Shown here: piece after piece, positions 9,814-19,867 of the stretch
Position numbering within the stretch: position 1 is the stretch's first letter
How the letters are laid out: each line of letters starts with the position of its first letter
IMG/VR virus record: IMGVR_UViG_3300016467_000680
Coordinates: 1-38,926 of that record
Source of the DNA: a virus
Taxonomy: Duplodnaviria > Caudoviricetes
Length of the DNA: 38,926 bases
Strand: one strand, 5' to 3'
Notes under the pieces: generated by a model
Told to the model about the DNA's origin: nothing
The model's input: only the letters and a program-made list of their open reading frames with translations
Databases searched by the model: none
Program-made: the position numbers and the translations under genes

Positions 9814-10755
9814 TTAGGTGTAAGCCAGAGTGAACTCGTCGTTACCCGAGGAAGTGGGTACGAGAGTATACGGCAGGTTCAGCATAACAACGCCGTTGTC
9901 TTCTGCATACGTGGGACCACCAAGGCTGACGCCACCAGAAGCGGTAGCCAGGTCGATGATGTTTCCAGCAGTAGTGCCATGCGTGATGCTAAAAGCACCA
10001 GTGGTGCCTGCCACAGCATTAGAGAAGAAGTCCTTGGTTGCCAAGGCGACCATCTCAATGGTGAGGCTGCCGCTACCAGCGCGGTTCACGATACTGACTT
10101 CTTTGTTGCTGTTAACCAATTCGCGGTAAACAACCTCATTGCCCACATCAAGTGTGCAAGTTTGCAGCGGAATGCTGCTTGATGCAAACAGGGTGAAGGC
10201 AGTGGTGTTGGTGTCGTTGAAGATCTGAGGTGCCGCCTGATTGGTGTAGGTCGGGGTCGGATCTGCAGTATCGGTGGGAGCGTTGTACTGACCGGTCATC
10301 GTGAAAGAGATGATCGGGATCTGGTTGGCGGTCAGATTCAACGAGAAGGTGCCACGTGCGCCAGTCACCTTGTGACGCACACCATCAAGGGAGAAGTAGA
10401 TGGTGACGGAGTCAAAGCTGCTGGAGACAGGTGCGTAGGTAACGCTGGTGCTAGCAACCACGGTCTCGCTAAAGCCACAAGCCTTGAGCAAGCCGCCATA
10501 ACGAGGAGCAGTGCCAGCAGTGCCAGAACCTGCATATTCCACCTCAAAGGTCACCACCACACGAGTGTTGGCAATCAACTGAGGAGAATTGCCCAGGTAA
10601 GGACGAATCAGGTCTCGGGTGAGAACCTCAGATTCAACTGGGGTGATTTCAAGGTTCCTAACTAGGACAGCGTCGCTTCCAGCCGGAGTGGAATCCGTGC
10701 CGTACGTTGACTCAGTCTTAACAAGGACGGTCCGCTTCCGGTAAAGCTTCGCCAT
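9814..10755 (-). CDS. Major tail tube protein
   Basis: 313 aa, Thr/Ser-rich beta protein (ESTYGTD, APRYGGLLKACG) upstream of the chaperones. Confidence 0.85.
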   Translation of the reverse strand: MAKLYRKRTVLVKTESTYGTDSTPAGSDAVLVRNLEITPVESEVLTRDLIRPYLGNSPQLIANTRVVVTFEVEYAGSGTAGTAPRYGGLLKACGFSETVVASTSVTYAPVSSSFDSVTIYFSLDGVRHKVTGARGTFSLNLTANQIPIISFTMTGQYNAPTDTADPTPTYTNQAAPQIFNDTNTTAFTLFASSSIPLQTCTLDVGNEVVYRELVNSNKEVSIVNRAGSGSLTIEMVALATKDFFSNAVAGTTGAFSITHGTTAGNIIDLATASGGVSLGGPTYAEDNGVVMLNLPYTLVPTSSGNDEFTLAYT

Positions 10756-10879
10756 CGGTTTGGTCTCCTAAGAGATCAGTTTCTGTCAACAGTTTAAGCT
10801 CACCGGTCACAACGTCAAAGAGATAAGTACCTCCGACGCCGGGATTAGGTACAGGCTTGGGAGTTTTGCTCTTGGCCAT
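10718..10879 (-). CDS. Small hypothetical protein (53 aa)
   Basis: Manual translation MAKSKTPKPVPNPGVGGTYLFDVVTGELKLLTETDLLGDQTDGEALPEADRPC; fills the gap between the tail terminator and tube genes. Confidence 0.6.
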   Translation of the reverse strand: MAKSKTPKPVPNPGVGGTYLFDVVTGELKLLTETDLLGDQTDGEALPEADRPC

Positions 10880-10883
10880 GAGA

Positions 10884-11309
10884 TTAACCTGCCGTGGTCA
10901 GGTCAGATCGCGCTGAACGATACATGACCATGTAATCCATGCTAATCACAACCAAGGGAATATCCGCTTCGTAAAGGCTGAAATCAACACGATCAGGATC
11001 AATGTCTAACGCATACCCATTGCAGGTCGGATCGTCCATGATTTTTTTATGGACCTGTTGAGTGTATTCGTCCGCGTCATCATCAGGATTATTAGCGCGA
11101 ACAAGAACGCTCACCCGAACGCGCAATGACCATTGCAGCTTGCTTGAAAAAACTTCAGACGGCTGATCCGTGACCGGCTCGACAATGACTGCTGGGCATT
11201 CACCACGTGCAAGAGGCTCAACACGGCTGCGGTAAACAGTTGCACCAGTGATGCTGCTGAGGTTGCTTGCAATCCTCGAAAGGATCAATTCGCGACGTGT
11301 ATCTGCCAT
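10884..11309 (-). CDS. Putative tail terminator (gpU-like)
   Basis: About 141 aa (MADTRRELIL...VYRSRVEPL...PAVIVEP), positioned before the tail tube. Confidence 0.7.
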   Translation of the reverse strand: MADTRRELILSRIASNLSSITGATVYRSRVEPLARGECPAVIVEPVTDQPSEVFSSKLQWSLRVRVSVLVRANNPDDDADEYTQQVHKKIMDDPTCNGYALDIDPDRVDFSLYEADIPLVVISMDYMVMYRSARSDLTTAG

Positions 11310-11632
11310 CACGTGCAAGCCAGAGTCGTAGTAATTGTTTCGCCGTTATCAATCGCCGTCACGTTCATGCGGATATAACGCGCCATGATGCCGTCATAGT
11401 GATCACAGAAGGTGCCAGCACCCTTTGTCTTTGCATCGGCGAGGTCGTACCAGTTTGTGCCGTCCAGACTGCCCTGCTCTTTAAACGTCACGCTGCCGCC
11501 AGTGACGACATGTTGAAATGTAAATAACGTCGCCTGCACCTCCACCGCGCTTGTAGCACTCACCGTGGTAACAGTGTCAAAAGAATGAATGTTGTCGGAA
11601 AGTTCGCCGCTGAGACCAATTACACGAGCCAT
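11309..11632 (-). CDS. Hypothetical virion protein
   Basis: 107 aa beta-rich protein (QGSLDGTNW, ARYIRMNVT), translationally coupled within the head-tail block. Confidence 0.65.
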   Translation of the reverse strand: MARVIGLSGELSDNIHSFDTVTTVSATSAVEVQATLFTFQHVVTGGSVTFKEQGSLDGTNWYDLADAKTKGAGTFCDHYDGIMARYIRMNVTAIDNGETITTTLACT

Positions 11633-11916
11633 CAGACCTTGCTCAACAACAACTCAGAAAAAATTCCGTCGTCAATTGCGCGGTTTTCACGCACGGTGTA
11701 AGACGAACCACCAACAGTGATAGAAGTGCCGCGAGTGGCAGAACTTACATCAGAAGTTTTCGCCGTAAGCAAATACTCCCGACTCAAAGCCATACCACCC
11801 GCGATCACATCCACAGGCGAATCCAAAATGCCAACAAAACTTGCACCTGCACCAATTTGGCAAGTAACGCCAAACTCGTCAGTGTTCAAGAAAGCCAGCG
11901 TTTCAGAAAGCGCCAT
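11632..11916 (-). CDS. Head-tail joining protein (gpFII-like)
   Basis: 94 aa small beta-barrel-like sequence (RGTSITVGGSSYTVRE...DDG); position. Confidence 0.7.
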   Translation of the reverse strand: MALSETLAFLNTDEFGVTCQIGAGASFVGILDSPVDVIAGGMALSREYLLTAKTSDVSSATRGTSITVGGSSYTVRENRAIDDGIFSELLLSKV

Positions 11917-11921
11917 CAGGA

Positions 11922-12311
11922 TCAGTTGCCGTACTTCTTGCTGTAAACAAGAGTTGCGCCAAACACGAAAGCAGGAGTAGTACCAGCGATCGTGCCAACA
12001 GCACGCACATAACGGCGCACATCGTTGGTGTTGATGGTGATCTTCTGCAGGGAAGCAGCGGCATCGGTGACTTCAGTGAAGACCTTGCCGGTGATGTCTG
12101 CCCAAGCAGAGTTATCAGCCGAGTCCTGAAGCTTCACGTTCAGGGTAGGAGTCGTGCCGCTGCCAGCCTCAGAATCAAGGATGACAATGGCTTCACCTTC
12201 GGCATCGTTAGACCCTTGCAGGTCGAAACCGGTGCCGGTAGCAGTGGAGCTACGAGAATCAGCGCCAAGCAGGCTGGCGACGTAGGTCTTAGACCCGAGG
12301 TTGTGGATCAT
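11922..12311 (-). CDS. Putative capsid decoration/cement protein
   Basis: 129 aa beta-sandwich-like (VKLQDSADNSAWADI, RRYVR), codon usage like the capsid gene, downstream of the capsid. Confidence 0.6.
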   Translation of the reverse strand: MIHNLGSKTYVASLLGADSRSSTATGTGFDLQGSNDAEGEAIVILDSEAGSGTTPTLNVKLQDSADNSAWADITGKVFTEVTDAAASLQKITINTNDVRRYVRAVGTIAGTTPAFVFGATLVYSKKYGN

Positions 12312-12513
12312 TGGTCTTTCTCCGTTTGGGAGCGGGTTTGCTGATTTGAGGCTCTTCGTCAGCCTCGATCACAACTTCCTGAGATAAAGGAGCAGGTACA
12401 GCTTTGCCAATGCCGATCAGCAGAAGTGCTGATTTGTGGTCCGTTTCGACGAAATCGCCTTCGTGAACCTGTTTCAGATCAACAATTGTTGACCTCAGCA
12501 TTTTGATGCGCAT
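12289..12513 (-). CDS. Small head-associated hypothetical protein
   Basis: 74 aa directly after the capsid; GGAG RBS; basic C-terminus. Confidence 0.65.
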   Translation of the reverse strand: MRIKMLRSTIVDLKQVHEGDFVETDHKSALLLIGIGKAVPAPLSQEVVIEADEEPQISKPAPKRRKTNDPQPRV

Positions 12514-12528
12514 ACCTGCTCCGCGTTA

Positions 12529-14910
12529 TCAGGACAGTTTGCAGATGGATTCAGGGTGACGGATAGCCACGTCATAGTCCTGCATGGCGACCACACGCAC
12601 GGTGCCGGAAGCGGAACCGGTGTAAGGATCAACCATGATGTCCAGACCGCTCCAGAAGCCGATCATGATGTCGCTGAAGTTAGCGAACACCGCAGTGTTG
12701 TTCGGCATGGAGTTGGACACATAAGCCGAGTAACCGTTGATGGTGTTGTCGGCTTCGTAAACGAAGATGCCGTTGGTGCCAGAAGCCTTCTCGGTGGTCT
12801 TCAGGGTTCCGCGCAGAGCGGAGTTCATCAGATAACCAAGGGTGCCTTGCAGAGCGTTATCGGTGCTGAGAGCAGCTTCAGCGTTCACATAATCAGCAAA
12901 CGTGGTGTAGCCAGACTCAGTGTTGATGCCGGTAACGTTCAGGAAACCAAGCGGATAAGAACCGGTGCCGGTGCCGTTGATGGCTTGGTTCTCAACTTCG
13001 ATAGCAATCTGCTGAGCCAGATCACGACGGACGAGGTTCTCGATGTCGATGCTGGACTGAAGCAGAAGGCGACGGCTGTAGTCAGTCAGCGCACCGATGG
13101 TGCGAGGCTGCATCGTCACCTGATCAACGGTGAGCTGGGATTCGGTGATGGCACCGGATTCAGCCACGTGATAGGTGGTTGCACCGCCGGATTGACGGGG
13201 AATTGCAACCATGCCCTGCAGACCGGTCATGACGTTGGCGCCTGCAGTTTGCAGAACCAGAGCCTTACGGAGCAGGTCGATGAAGCTGTCACTCATCAGG
13301 TCGGTAGCGACCAGATCACCACCACCAGAAGCAGAGCCGACGGTCAGATCGCGACGACCAAAACCCAGCACATCGGCAGGGATCAGGATGCCACGAGCTT
13401 CCTTACCGGACTTCTCCTGTGCAGCACGGCTGACCTCGAGTTCGAAACCAGCAGCACGCTGAGCTTCTTGGCTGTTGGGGTGAGCCAGAGCGTTGATGGC
13501 ACGCACGAAGCTGTACTCACGACGCTCTTTGCTGGACATGCCGATTTCGGCGTCCTTAGCGTTGATGGGCTTTTCCTGCACACCCATCTTTTCGAGAAGG
13601 GCGGTACGAAGCTCATCAAGGCTGCGGGAGTTAGCGATGAACTCCTGAGCCAGTTCAATGTTCTTGGTACGTTGACCAAGGGCGATCATGTCGGCTGCTT
13701 CCTTCGCCTTGGCTTGTACAGCCTCAGCGCGGATAGCCTCAACGTTGAGGTTTTGATCCACGGTAGTAACTCCGTTGAAGGTGTTTTCCACGGCTGACGC
13801 CGTATCTACGCCTTTATTATTAAAGGCGCTGCGACCAATGCCAACCGATTGATCAGCAGGCACGGTCACCAAGCTAATCTCAAACGGTTGAAAGTTGGTA
13901 GCACGATAAGTCACTGGTGAAGTGGACTCATCGGCTTCCATCGCATTGATCTTGTAGCCGAAGCTGACGTTACGGATGATTCCATCCTTGATCAGCTCCT
14001 GCATTTCGCGTCCAAGTTCATTGTTCGCGAGCTTCACACGTGCATATGCACGCTTGTCCTTGATATATGCCTTTTGAACAACACCAACAATCCGATCTGG
14101 ATCGTGCTGATAAAGAAGAGGTGCGCCGTCGTTGAGGCGAGTGAGATCCATGGATTTTGCATCCATGTTTAATACTTCCATCCCGTAATAACGCTCTACG
14201 GGTGCTTCACTGGCGAATGGAAACTCAAGGGTGCGATCTTCGTTAGCACTGCGGAATTCAGCAGTGAAAGAACGCTTTACAGTCTCGCCTTCAAGGAAAC
14301 GCAACGCCGAAATTTTGCGCAATTCAGAAAAGCGATGACCAACGACAGTATCGCTTTCTGCGTAACCATCGCCGTCTTTTCTGTACACGCGAATTAAAGC
14401 AGCGGGATCTTCTTCAGATGCGTTAATCGTAAAGGAAGAATCCGGCACTTCAATCACGCCATCGCGTGCAATTCGACTGATTTTGCCGCGTGCAGTACCA
14501 CCACTTGAATCCCATTCGACAAAATCACCAACTTTCAATGCATCAGGTGCAGCACGCTCTTCTTCGCGTTCACCAGTTGCTTCTTCAAACATCATCGGAT
14601 CAAAGTCATGCTCGCTAAGCCATTCACGTGCTTCTGCGGGTGTAAAGCGATCAGCATCAAAGCGGATTGCTTGTAGTTCGCTGGTGCCTTCTTTAATGCC
14701 ATAAATTGCATCGATACCAGCGCCGAATTCATCATTGACGCGGCGGATGCTGTCGTACTGATCAGGATCAGTCAGGCGTGCAGCATGTTCGTTGGGATAC
14801 GGACGACCTTCTTCGACCGGCTCAATTTCAGGCGCAGAACGCTTCTGGACACCAGTCGGTGCAAAGCCTCGTGCTTCGCGTTTCATGAGTTCGACGAATG
14901 CTTTGCTCAT
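12529..14910 (-). CDS. Prohead protease - HK97-fold major capsid fusion
   Basis: Protease motifs PLLYQHD, RNVSFGY, EISLVTVPAD, followed by a capsid domain (YSFVRAI, FIDLLR, ANFSDIMIGFW, DVAIRHPESI). Confidence 0.92.
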   Translation of the reverse strand: MSKAFVELMKREARGFAPTGVQKRSAPEIEPVEEGRPYPNEHAARLTDPDQYDSIRRVNDEFGAGIDAIYGIKEGTSELQAIRFDADRFTPAEAREWLSEHDFDPMMFEEATGEREEERAAPDALKVGDFVEWDSSGGTARGKISRIARDGVIEVPDSSFTINASEEDPAALIRVYRKDGDGYAESDTVVGHRFSELRKISALRFLEGETVKRSFTAEFRSANEDRTLEFPFASEAPVERYYGMEVLNMDAKSMDLTRLNDGAPLLYQHDPDRIVGVVQKAYIKDKRAYARVKLANNELGREMQELIKDGIIRNVSFGYKINAMEADESTSPVTYRATNFQPFEISLVTVPADQSVGIGRSAFNNKGVDTASAVENTFNGVTTVDQNLNVEAIRAEAVQAKAKEAADMIALGQRTKNIELAQEFIANSRSLDELRTALLEKMGVQEKPINAKDAEIGMSSKERREYSFVRAINALAHPNSQEAQRAAGFELEVSRAAQEKSGKEARGILIPADVLGFGRRDLTVGSASGGGDLVATDLMSDSFIDLLRKALVLQTAGANVMTGLQGMVAIPRQSGGATTYHVAESGAITESQLTVDQVTMQPRTIGALTDYSRRLLLQSSIDIENLVRRDLAQQIAIEVENQAINGTGTGSYPLGFLNVTGINTESGYTTFADYVNAEAALSTDNALQGTLGYLMNSALRGTLKTTEKASGTNGIFVYEADNTINGYSAYVSNSMPNNTAVFANFSDIMIGFWSGLDIMVDPYTGSASGTVRVVAMQDYDVAIRHPESICKLS

Positions 14911-16469
14911 CAGTCTATGTCTTCCAATTCAGGTTCTTCTTCATGTTGTACCGGATGTTCTGTAGGTGGTACAGGAGTCGGCTGACTTACACCGTTATTG
15001 GAGACCTGTGAAGGATCAGTATCGAGGACAATGCCAAGCTCATCGGCAACCGCAAGTTCATGCTGCCGTTGACGCATTTGATCCTCGAAATCACCACCAT
15101 GCAAAGCGATGACTTGTGAAAGGGTCATGATGCCGCTGCGGATCAGATCTTTGTAAGCAGAAGCTTCCTTCTGCGGATCAACAAACTGAGCAGCAGGTGC
15201 AATCCACTTGGCTTCTTCATACCGTCCGGGATTTGATTCAAAGCCGGGCAGATCAAGGACACCAGCCATCACTGCCATCTCGAGCCAACGCTCGTAGACC
15301 TCTTCACACAGTGATTCAATCAAATACTGCTGCAGCACCTTGTAGTGCGTGCGGGTTTCAAGCAGCTCTAACCGCGAAGAGCTGTAATTGCTCTGCGAGA
15401 AATCGCTGCTGACCTGCGTATAACTACAGCCAATCCCAGCAGCCACAGCTCGCAGCATCTGCTGGACAAAAGGAGTAAACGCATCATCAGGACGATTGGG
15501 AGTGAAGAATTGCATTTCTTCGCCCGGTGCCAATCGACGGATGCTGCCGGGTGAGAAGTCGAGGACAGACTCCTGATCAAACGTGCCATCCTCAAATAAC
15601 TCCTGATCAGGCGTCTTAACGAACGCCATCATGCTGCTGCTGGCACGAGCCGCGACAATCTCTGCTTCTTCGTATCCAGACAAATTACGAAGCCGCATGA
15701 TTGCCGTAGCAAACGCGCTAACACCACGCGTCTGACCGGGACGATCGATCAAATACAGATGGACGATGTCATCAGCGGGAACACGGATTCGTTTCTTGAC
15801 TGCTTTGTTGGCGTAGCTGAATTGATAATCGCCGGGATGATAATCAAAGAAGTGATACGCGATCGGGCGTCCCCACTTATCAATCTCAACACCCATTCGA
15901 ATTTCATTGCCATCTTTCGTGATGGTGTTGTAGTCATCGTCCAGCAGATCAGATTCGATCAGCTCAAGACCAAGCGGCACCTTGCTGTTGCCGAACGATT
16001 GACGAACAAGGCGGATGAACACCTCGCCCGATTCGAGCATTGAAGTGACAGCAAGACGTTGGATGTCGTACCAGCTCAGCTTGCCGCCAACATGACAACG
16101 TTTGGCGCTTGTCCAGCGATCAAATTCTTCCTCGATGCGGCGATTGATGTCATCAGCAAGGCGACCACCACGCTGCATGCGCACTTGCGCTTGATGACGA
16201 ATGCCCGTGCCGACAACATTATTTTTTACGGCACGAAGCGCAGATTTGGCGAAATCTGAATCGCGAACAAGCTGTCGTGCGCGGTTCCGCAACATGCGGA
16301 TGCTGCCGCGAACTTCACTATCAGCAGAAGTCGCCTGACTGATCCAATCAGAAGTAAGGCGATTGTTCTGTGCAGCGGCATAAGCACGCTTGAGATTCCA
16401 GTTCCTCTCCTTCGCCTCTTGCAATTGCTTACGCAACGCGTTGGTACGACCAAACCCCAAGAAAGCCAT
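14910..16469 (-). CDS. Portal protein, lambda family
   Basis: LRNRARQLVR, RPGQTRGV, NYSSSR, VDPQKE motifs. Confidence 0.95.
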   Translation of the reverse strand: MAFLGFGRTNALRKQLQEAKERNWNLKRAYAAAQNNRLTSDWISQATSADSEVRGSIRMLRNRARQLVRDSDFAKSALRAVKNNVVGTGIRHQAQVRMQRGGRLADDINRRIEEEFDRWTSAKRCHVGGKLSWYDIQRLAVTSMLESGEVFIRLVRQSFGNSKVPLGLELIESDLLDDDYNTITKDGNEIRMGVEIDKWGRPIAYHFFDYHPGDYQFSYANKAVKKRIRVPADDIVHLYLIDRPGQTRGVSAFATAIMRLRNLSGYEEAEIVAARASSSMMAFVKTPDQELFEDGTFDQESVLDFSPGSIRRLAPGEEMQFFTPNRPDDAFTPFVQQMLRAVAAGIGCSYTQVSSDFSQSNYSSSRLELLETRTHYKVLQQYLIESLCEEVYERWLEMAVMAGVLDLPGFESNPGRYEEAKWIAPAAQFVDPQKEASAYKDLIRSGIMTLSQVIALHGGDFEDQMRQRQHELAVADELGIVLDTDPSQVSNNGVSQPTPVPPTEHPVQHEEEPELEDID

Positions 16470-17047
16470 TAACGGAACCTCACTTTGGCGAGACCGGGAT
16501 TACCAAGACCCTGACGGATCTTTTCGCGGCGTCGCTCCATTGCAACCTCATTTTGCAACGTGCTGCGCAATTCGAGCAGTTCAGTCATCTTGTAACGACG
16601 CAGGCTGCGACCACCGATGCTGTATTCCTGCACCATTCCGCCTTGAGACAGGGTGCGAATTGCAGCTTCGACGTAGCTGAGGTCGATTTCTGCGCGGCTG
16701 CGATCATCAAATGCACCGGGCGTGCTGGTGTAAGCAGCAGTTGCCTTGACGGTGAACTGACCGCGACCAGCGGTGTACTGAAGGGTGCTGTAGGTGGCGA
16801 TTGCCTGCCACGTCCACAAGCCAGCGTCAAAGTTTGCGGTGGTGGCAGCGGGAACGGTAATCCGCCAACCCGTACCTTCTGCCGTACCAGTGATTGTTGC
16901 GCCTTCTGAAGCAACGTTCGTGCGGGCGTACCACTTCATCGTGTACGTGCCGCTATCGATGACAGTGCCGATCGCATCCTTGAACGAAGGCACGTCGAAC
17001 ACGACGGTATCGCCTGCGTAGATCAAATCCGGTACAAGGATGCTCAC
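16469..17047 (-). CDS. Head-tail adaptor (gpW-like C-terminus)
   Basis: Between TerL and portal; C-terminal QEYSIGGRSLRRYKMTELLELR. Confidence 0.7.
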   Translation of the reverse strand: MSILVPDLIYAGDTVVFDVPSFKDAIGTVIDSGTYTMKWYARTNVASEGATITGTAEGTGWRITVPAATTANFDAGLWTWQAIATYSTLQYTAGRGQFTVKATAAYTSTPGAFDDRSRAEIDLSYVEAAIRTLSQGGMVQEYSIGGRSLRRYKMTELLELRSTLQNEVAMERRREKIRQGLGNPGLAKVRFR

Positions 17048-18954
17048 CAGCTTGTCACAAATGAGGATGCTCGCCTCTGAAGTCTACGTTGCGGCGGGCG
17101 GTATGGCGACTCCTGCTTCACCTGTTGTGTTTGCACGTTTTCATCCTTTTTTGATGCATTTGCAACGGCACGATCAAATTGCTCAAAAATCGTGTTTCGG
17201 TTGAACCTCATATACAGGAAGTGCAGCGCGGCGTAGCTGTACACGAAACAATCCAGTGCCTCGTTGCGATCACCTGCCTTCTTCTTCCATTCGCGGATGG
17301 CAAAACCCTTGACGTAACGGACGACCTGCCTCTCACTCGTCAGTTGCTTGAAGTATTCCTGACCAGCTTCCGCATGGAAGTGGATATACCCAGCACCAAC
17401 CTCGTTGTGCTTCATCCGACCGAACAATGTTGATTTGATCGTGTCCGTACCGACAGGAAATACCTCAGCCGAATTCTTCAACACTTGACCTTTGTAGTTA
17501 ATATCAACCTTGGAAGGCTTCCCTATCGGCGGTTTGTTCCGCACTGATTGTCCTTTCAAAGCAAACACTCCTTTCCCCTTTCGACTTCTGGCATACGCAT
17601 AAACTTCGCTCGTGAAGTGACCGCCAGAGTCCACTCCAATTGCCGCAACTTTGAGTCTTCCGCCGTCGGCATGCGGATAGTCCCTTAGCAGTAGGTCATC
17701 AACTTGTTCCCACAACTTCTGTCCGGCTGGATCGCCGTAAATCTCTGTGTGGCTGATCAACCAGCACTCCTCACCAACTCCCCACGCATACAGTCCCACA
17801 GCAACCCGGTTGTCTTGTACGTCAACACCAGCGGTCAAGATGCTGGCACCAGTGGGAACCTCGCTAGCGGGGTAGAACTCGGCTCGTTCCGAAAGGCTTT
17901 CCGCCCCAAGTTTTGCTCCCGTCTCCTCTTCCCACGTCTCGCCCAAGACAGTATTGACAAAGGTTTTGAGCAACGGCGCGTCGTTTTTCGCACGTAAAAA
18001 TTCCGTCACAATCTCTTCCCAACTTTTCCATCCAAGTGGTGAATACAAGGAGGACAAATGGAAGCCAACCGTCCGTGCATCTTGGCTTGTAGCAGTCGGA
18101 CGCCACTCACCTTTGCGAAGCATTTCGCTCTTGTAATGCTCTGGTATGTGGCACCCGCAAGCCTCGCAGACATACGCAGCAGTCTTTGGATCACCGTCAC
18201 GCCACTGCAAGTTCTTCCACTGCAGCCATTGCATGTGATCGCAATGTGGGCACGGGACAAAATATCGGCGTTGATCCGATGCCAAATACTCCGTTTCAAT
18301 CCGACTCGTATCTTTGACCGTTGGCGTCGAGGTCAGGATGATCTTCCGCCGACTGAACGTTGAAGCACGACGTTCCGCCAACGCACAAGGATCTCCTTCA
18401 CCGTCCACATCTGATGGGAAAGCATCAACCTCATCAAGAAGCACCCAGCGACAAGGAGCAGAACGTAACCCCGTAGCGGAGTTGGCACCCGTAAGTAGAA
18501 GTATCCCGCCTGGGAATTCCTTGCTGAACATCGTGTTGCCTGAATCGCGGCTTCGAGCGGGAGCGATCTTTGCTGCGAGGCAGGGTGTTTCATGAATCAG
18601 CGAATCCAATCGCTGTTTACTCAATCTTTTAGCCATCTCAATCGTCGGCTGCACAAAAAGTGCTGGACCGGGAGCATGGGCAATCATGTAACCAACGACG
18701 TTGTTGATGCCTTCGGTCTTGCCGAGCTGCGCACCAGCCATGAACACCACCTTCTGCACGGCGGAGTTGGCGGACATGCAATCCATGATCTCCTTGAGGT
18801 AAGGAGTCCTTTCAGTACGCCACGGTCCGGGTTCAGCAGACGCCTTGTTGCTAAGCATCCGGTACTGATCCGCCCATTGGCTGACCGTCAGATCTGGGTC
18901 AGGCTTCAAGCCATCGACAAAGGCTGAGCGGTAAATCAGTGCGCCATCACGCAT
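17044..18954 (-). CDS. Terminase large subunit, lambda gpA family
   Basis: GAQLGKTE Walker A, LLDEVD Walker B, STPT, CPHC/CEAC zinc motif, GVDVQ, RNEALDC. Confidence 0.96.
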   Translation of the reverse strand: MRDGALIYRSAFVDGLKPDPDLTVSQWADQYRMLSNKASAEPGPWRTERTPYLKEIMDCMSANSAVQKVVFMAGAQLGKTEGINNVVGYMIAHAPGPALFVQPTIEMAKRLSKQRLDSLIHETPCLAAKIAPARSRDSGNTMFSKEFPGGILLLTGANSATGLRSAPCRWVLLDEVDAFPSDVDGEGDPCALAERRASTFSRRKIILTSTPTVKDTSRIETEYLASDQRRYFVPCPHCDHMQWLQWKNLQWRDGDPKTAAYVCEACGCHIPEHYKSEMLRKGEWRPTATSQDARTVGFHLSSLYSPLGWKSWEEIVTEFLRAKNDAPLLKTFVNTVLGETWEEETGAKLGAESLSERAEFYPASEVPTGASILTAGVDVQDNRVAVGLYAWGVGEECWLISHTEIYGDPAGQKLWEQVDDLLLRDYPHADGGRLKVAAIGVDSGGHFTSEVYAYARSRKGKGVFALKGQSVRNKPPIGKPSKVDINYKGQVLKNSAEVFPVGTDTIKSTLFGRMKHNEVGAGYIHFHAEAGQEYFKQLTSERQVVRYVKGFAIREWKKKAGDRNEALDCFVYSYAALHFLYMRFNRNTIFEQFDRAVANASKKDENVQTQQVKQESPYRPPQRRLQRRASSFVTSW

Positions 18955-19429
18955 CGGTCAACGTCTCCAATGCCTTACGGATCTCTGCCGTCAATGTTTG
19001 GTGGATGACCACCGGGTCAGATTCTGCAGCCATCTGATTGCTCACGCGATCTGGGATGTTGCTCAACGCATCTCTCACAGCACGTGCAGCCGAAAATGCC
19101 TCACGCTGCACGCGAGACACCTCCACCAACTGATCCTCTTTGACTTCAAGATCCAGCCGTGCCAGCTCTGCACGGAAATGTTCTGACTTTGCACGACTCT
19201 CATTGAAACTCGGGATTTCAAGCTCTTCCGATGTCTTACGCGTGGGACTCACTGAGACAAGCGGGTTGCCTTCCTTGTACGCCTTGATCGCGGCTTCCTT
19301 GTCCCAAGCAATCTTGTTGCGATCAACCGTGAAGCATCCTTCGAACCTGCCCTGACTCTTCATCTGGCTGATCCGCGCCTGCGTGATCCCCAGTGCCTCA
19401 GCGAGTTCTTTGGTGTTGCAAGTGTGCAT
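18947..19429 (-). CDS. Terminase small subunit (Nu1-like)
   Basis: N-terminal HTH (ELAEALGITQARISQM) and coiled coil; overlaps the TerL start. Confidence 0.85.
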   Translation of the reverse strand: MHTCNTKELAEALGITQARISQMKSQGRFEGCFTVDRNKIAWDKEAAIKAYKEGNPLVSVSPTRKTSEELEIPSFNESRAKSEHFRAELARLDLEVKEDQLVEVSRVQREAFSAARAVRDALSNIPDRVSNQMAAESDPVVIHQTLTAEIRKALETLTDA

Positions 19430-19573
19430 AGGCGCAATTTAAGCGCAACAGCGACGTTTTAAGCGAAATAGCCCCTGACAGCGTTTTCTTGGCATATAAT
19501 TGTCAACTTTTCGATTTTGGGCGTCTTAAGCGTCTCAGATGCGTCCATGCTGCGACACGCATAATTCTGGCGC

Positions 19574-19627
19574 TAGCGAAGAAAGGGGGTTCGAAATTAC
19601 CTGCACCGATTTTCGCAGCAAGGACCC
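19574..19627 (-). other. Putative cos packaging site (lambda-like cosQ plus nicking region)
   Basis: Minus strand GGGTCCT (identical to lambda cosQ), 40 nt including GGTAATTTCGAACC, then TTCGCTA as near lambda's left end; ~150-200 bp upstream of terS. Confidence 0.6.
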
Positions 19628-19630
19628 GCA

Positions 19631-19720
19631 AATGAGAATCAATTAGGCTAGTACAGCTATACCAACTGAGAACGATTATCATTCTTGCTATCAACGTGAT
19701 AATGAGAATTATTCTCAATT
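19631..19720. promoter_or_regulatory. Fur-box-like cluster, cos-proximal
   Basis: AATGAGAATC (19631), GAGAACGATTATCATT (19668), TGATAATGAGAATTATTCTC (19697-19716). Confidence 0.55.
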
Positions 19721-19823
19721 GTGATGCCCAGCTCCTGCAATTGAGAGGCGATTGCAATAACGCAAGTCCCGCAAGTCCTAGCCTCATTGCAATTGCGACG
19801 CGTTATCAATAAAGGCAGGCAAT

Positions 19824-19846
19824 AAAAAAGCCCGGGCATGCCGGGC
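19824..19846 (-). terminator. Rho-independent terminator of the early operon
   Basis: GCCCGG-CATGC-CCGGGC followed by T6, ~20 nt after the 19868 stop. Confidence 0.85.
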
Positions 19847-19867
19847 GAGAGGGTATGGGCAGGGAAG

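Noticed and set aside
12556-13797. 413-aa plus-strand ORF
   Set aside because: Antisense shadow of the capsid gene, explained by its strong codon bias; no recognisable motifs.
19650-19663. Cyanobacterial LexA-box-like AGTACAGCTATACC
   Set aside because: Single site with a mismatch at a conserved position and no second copy; could be chance.
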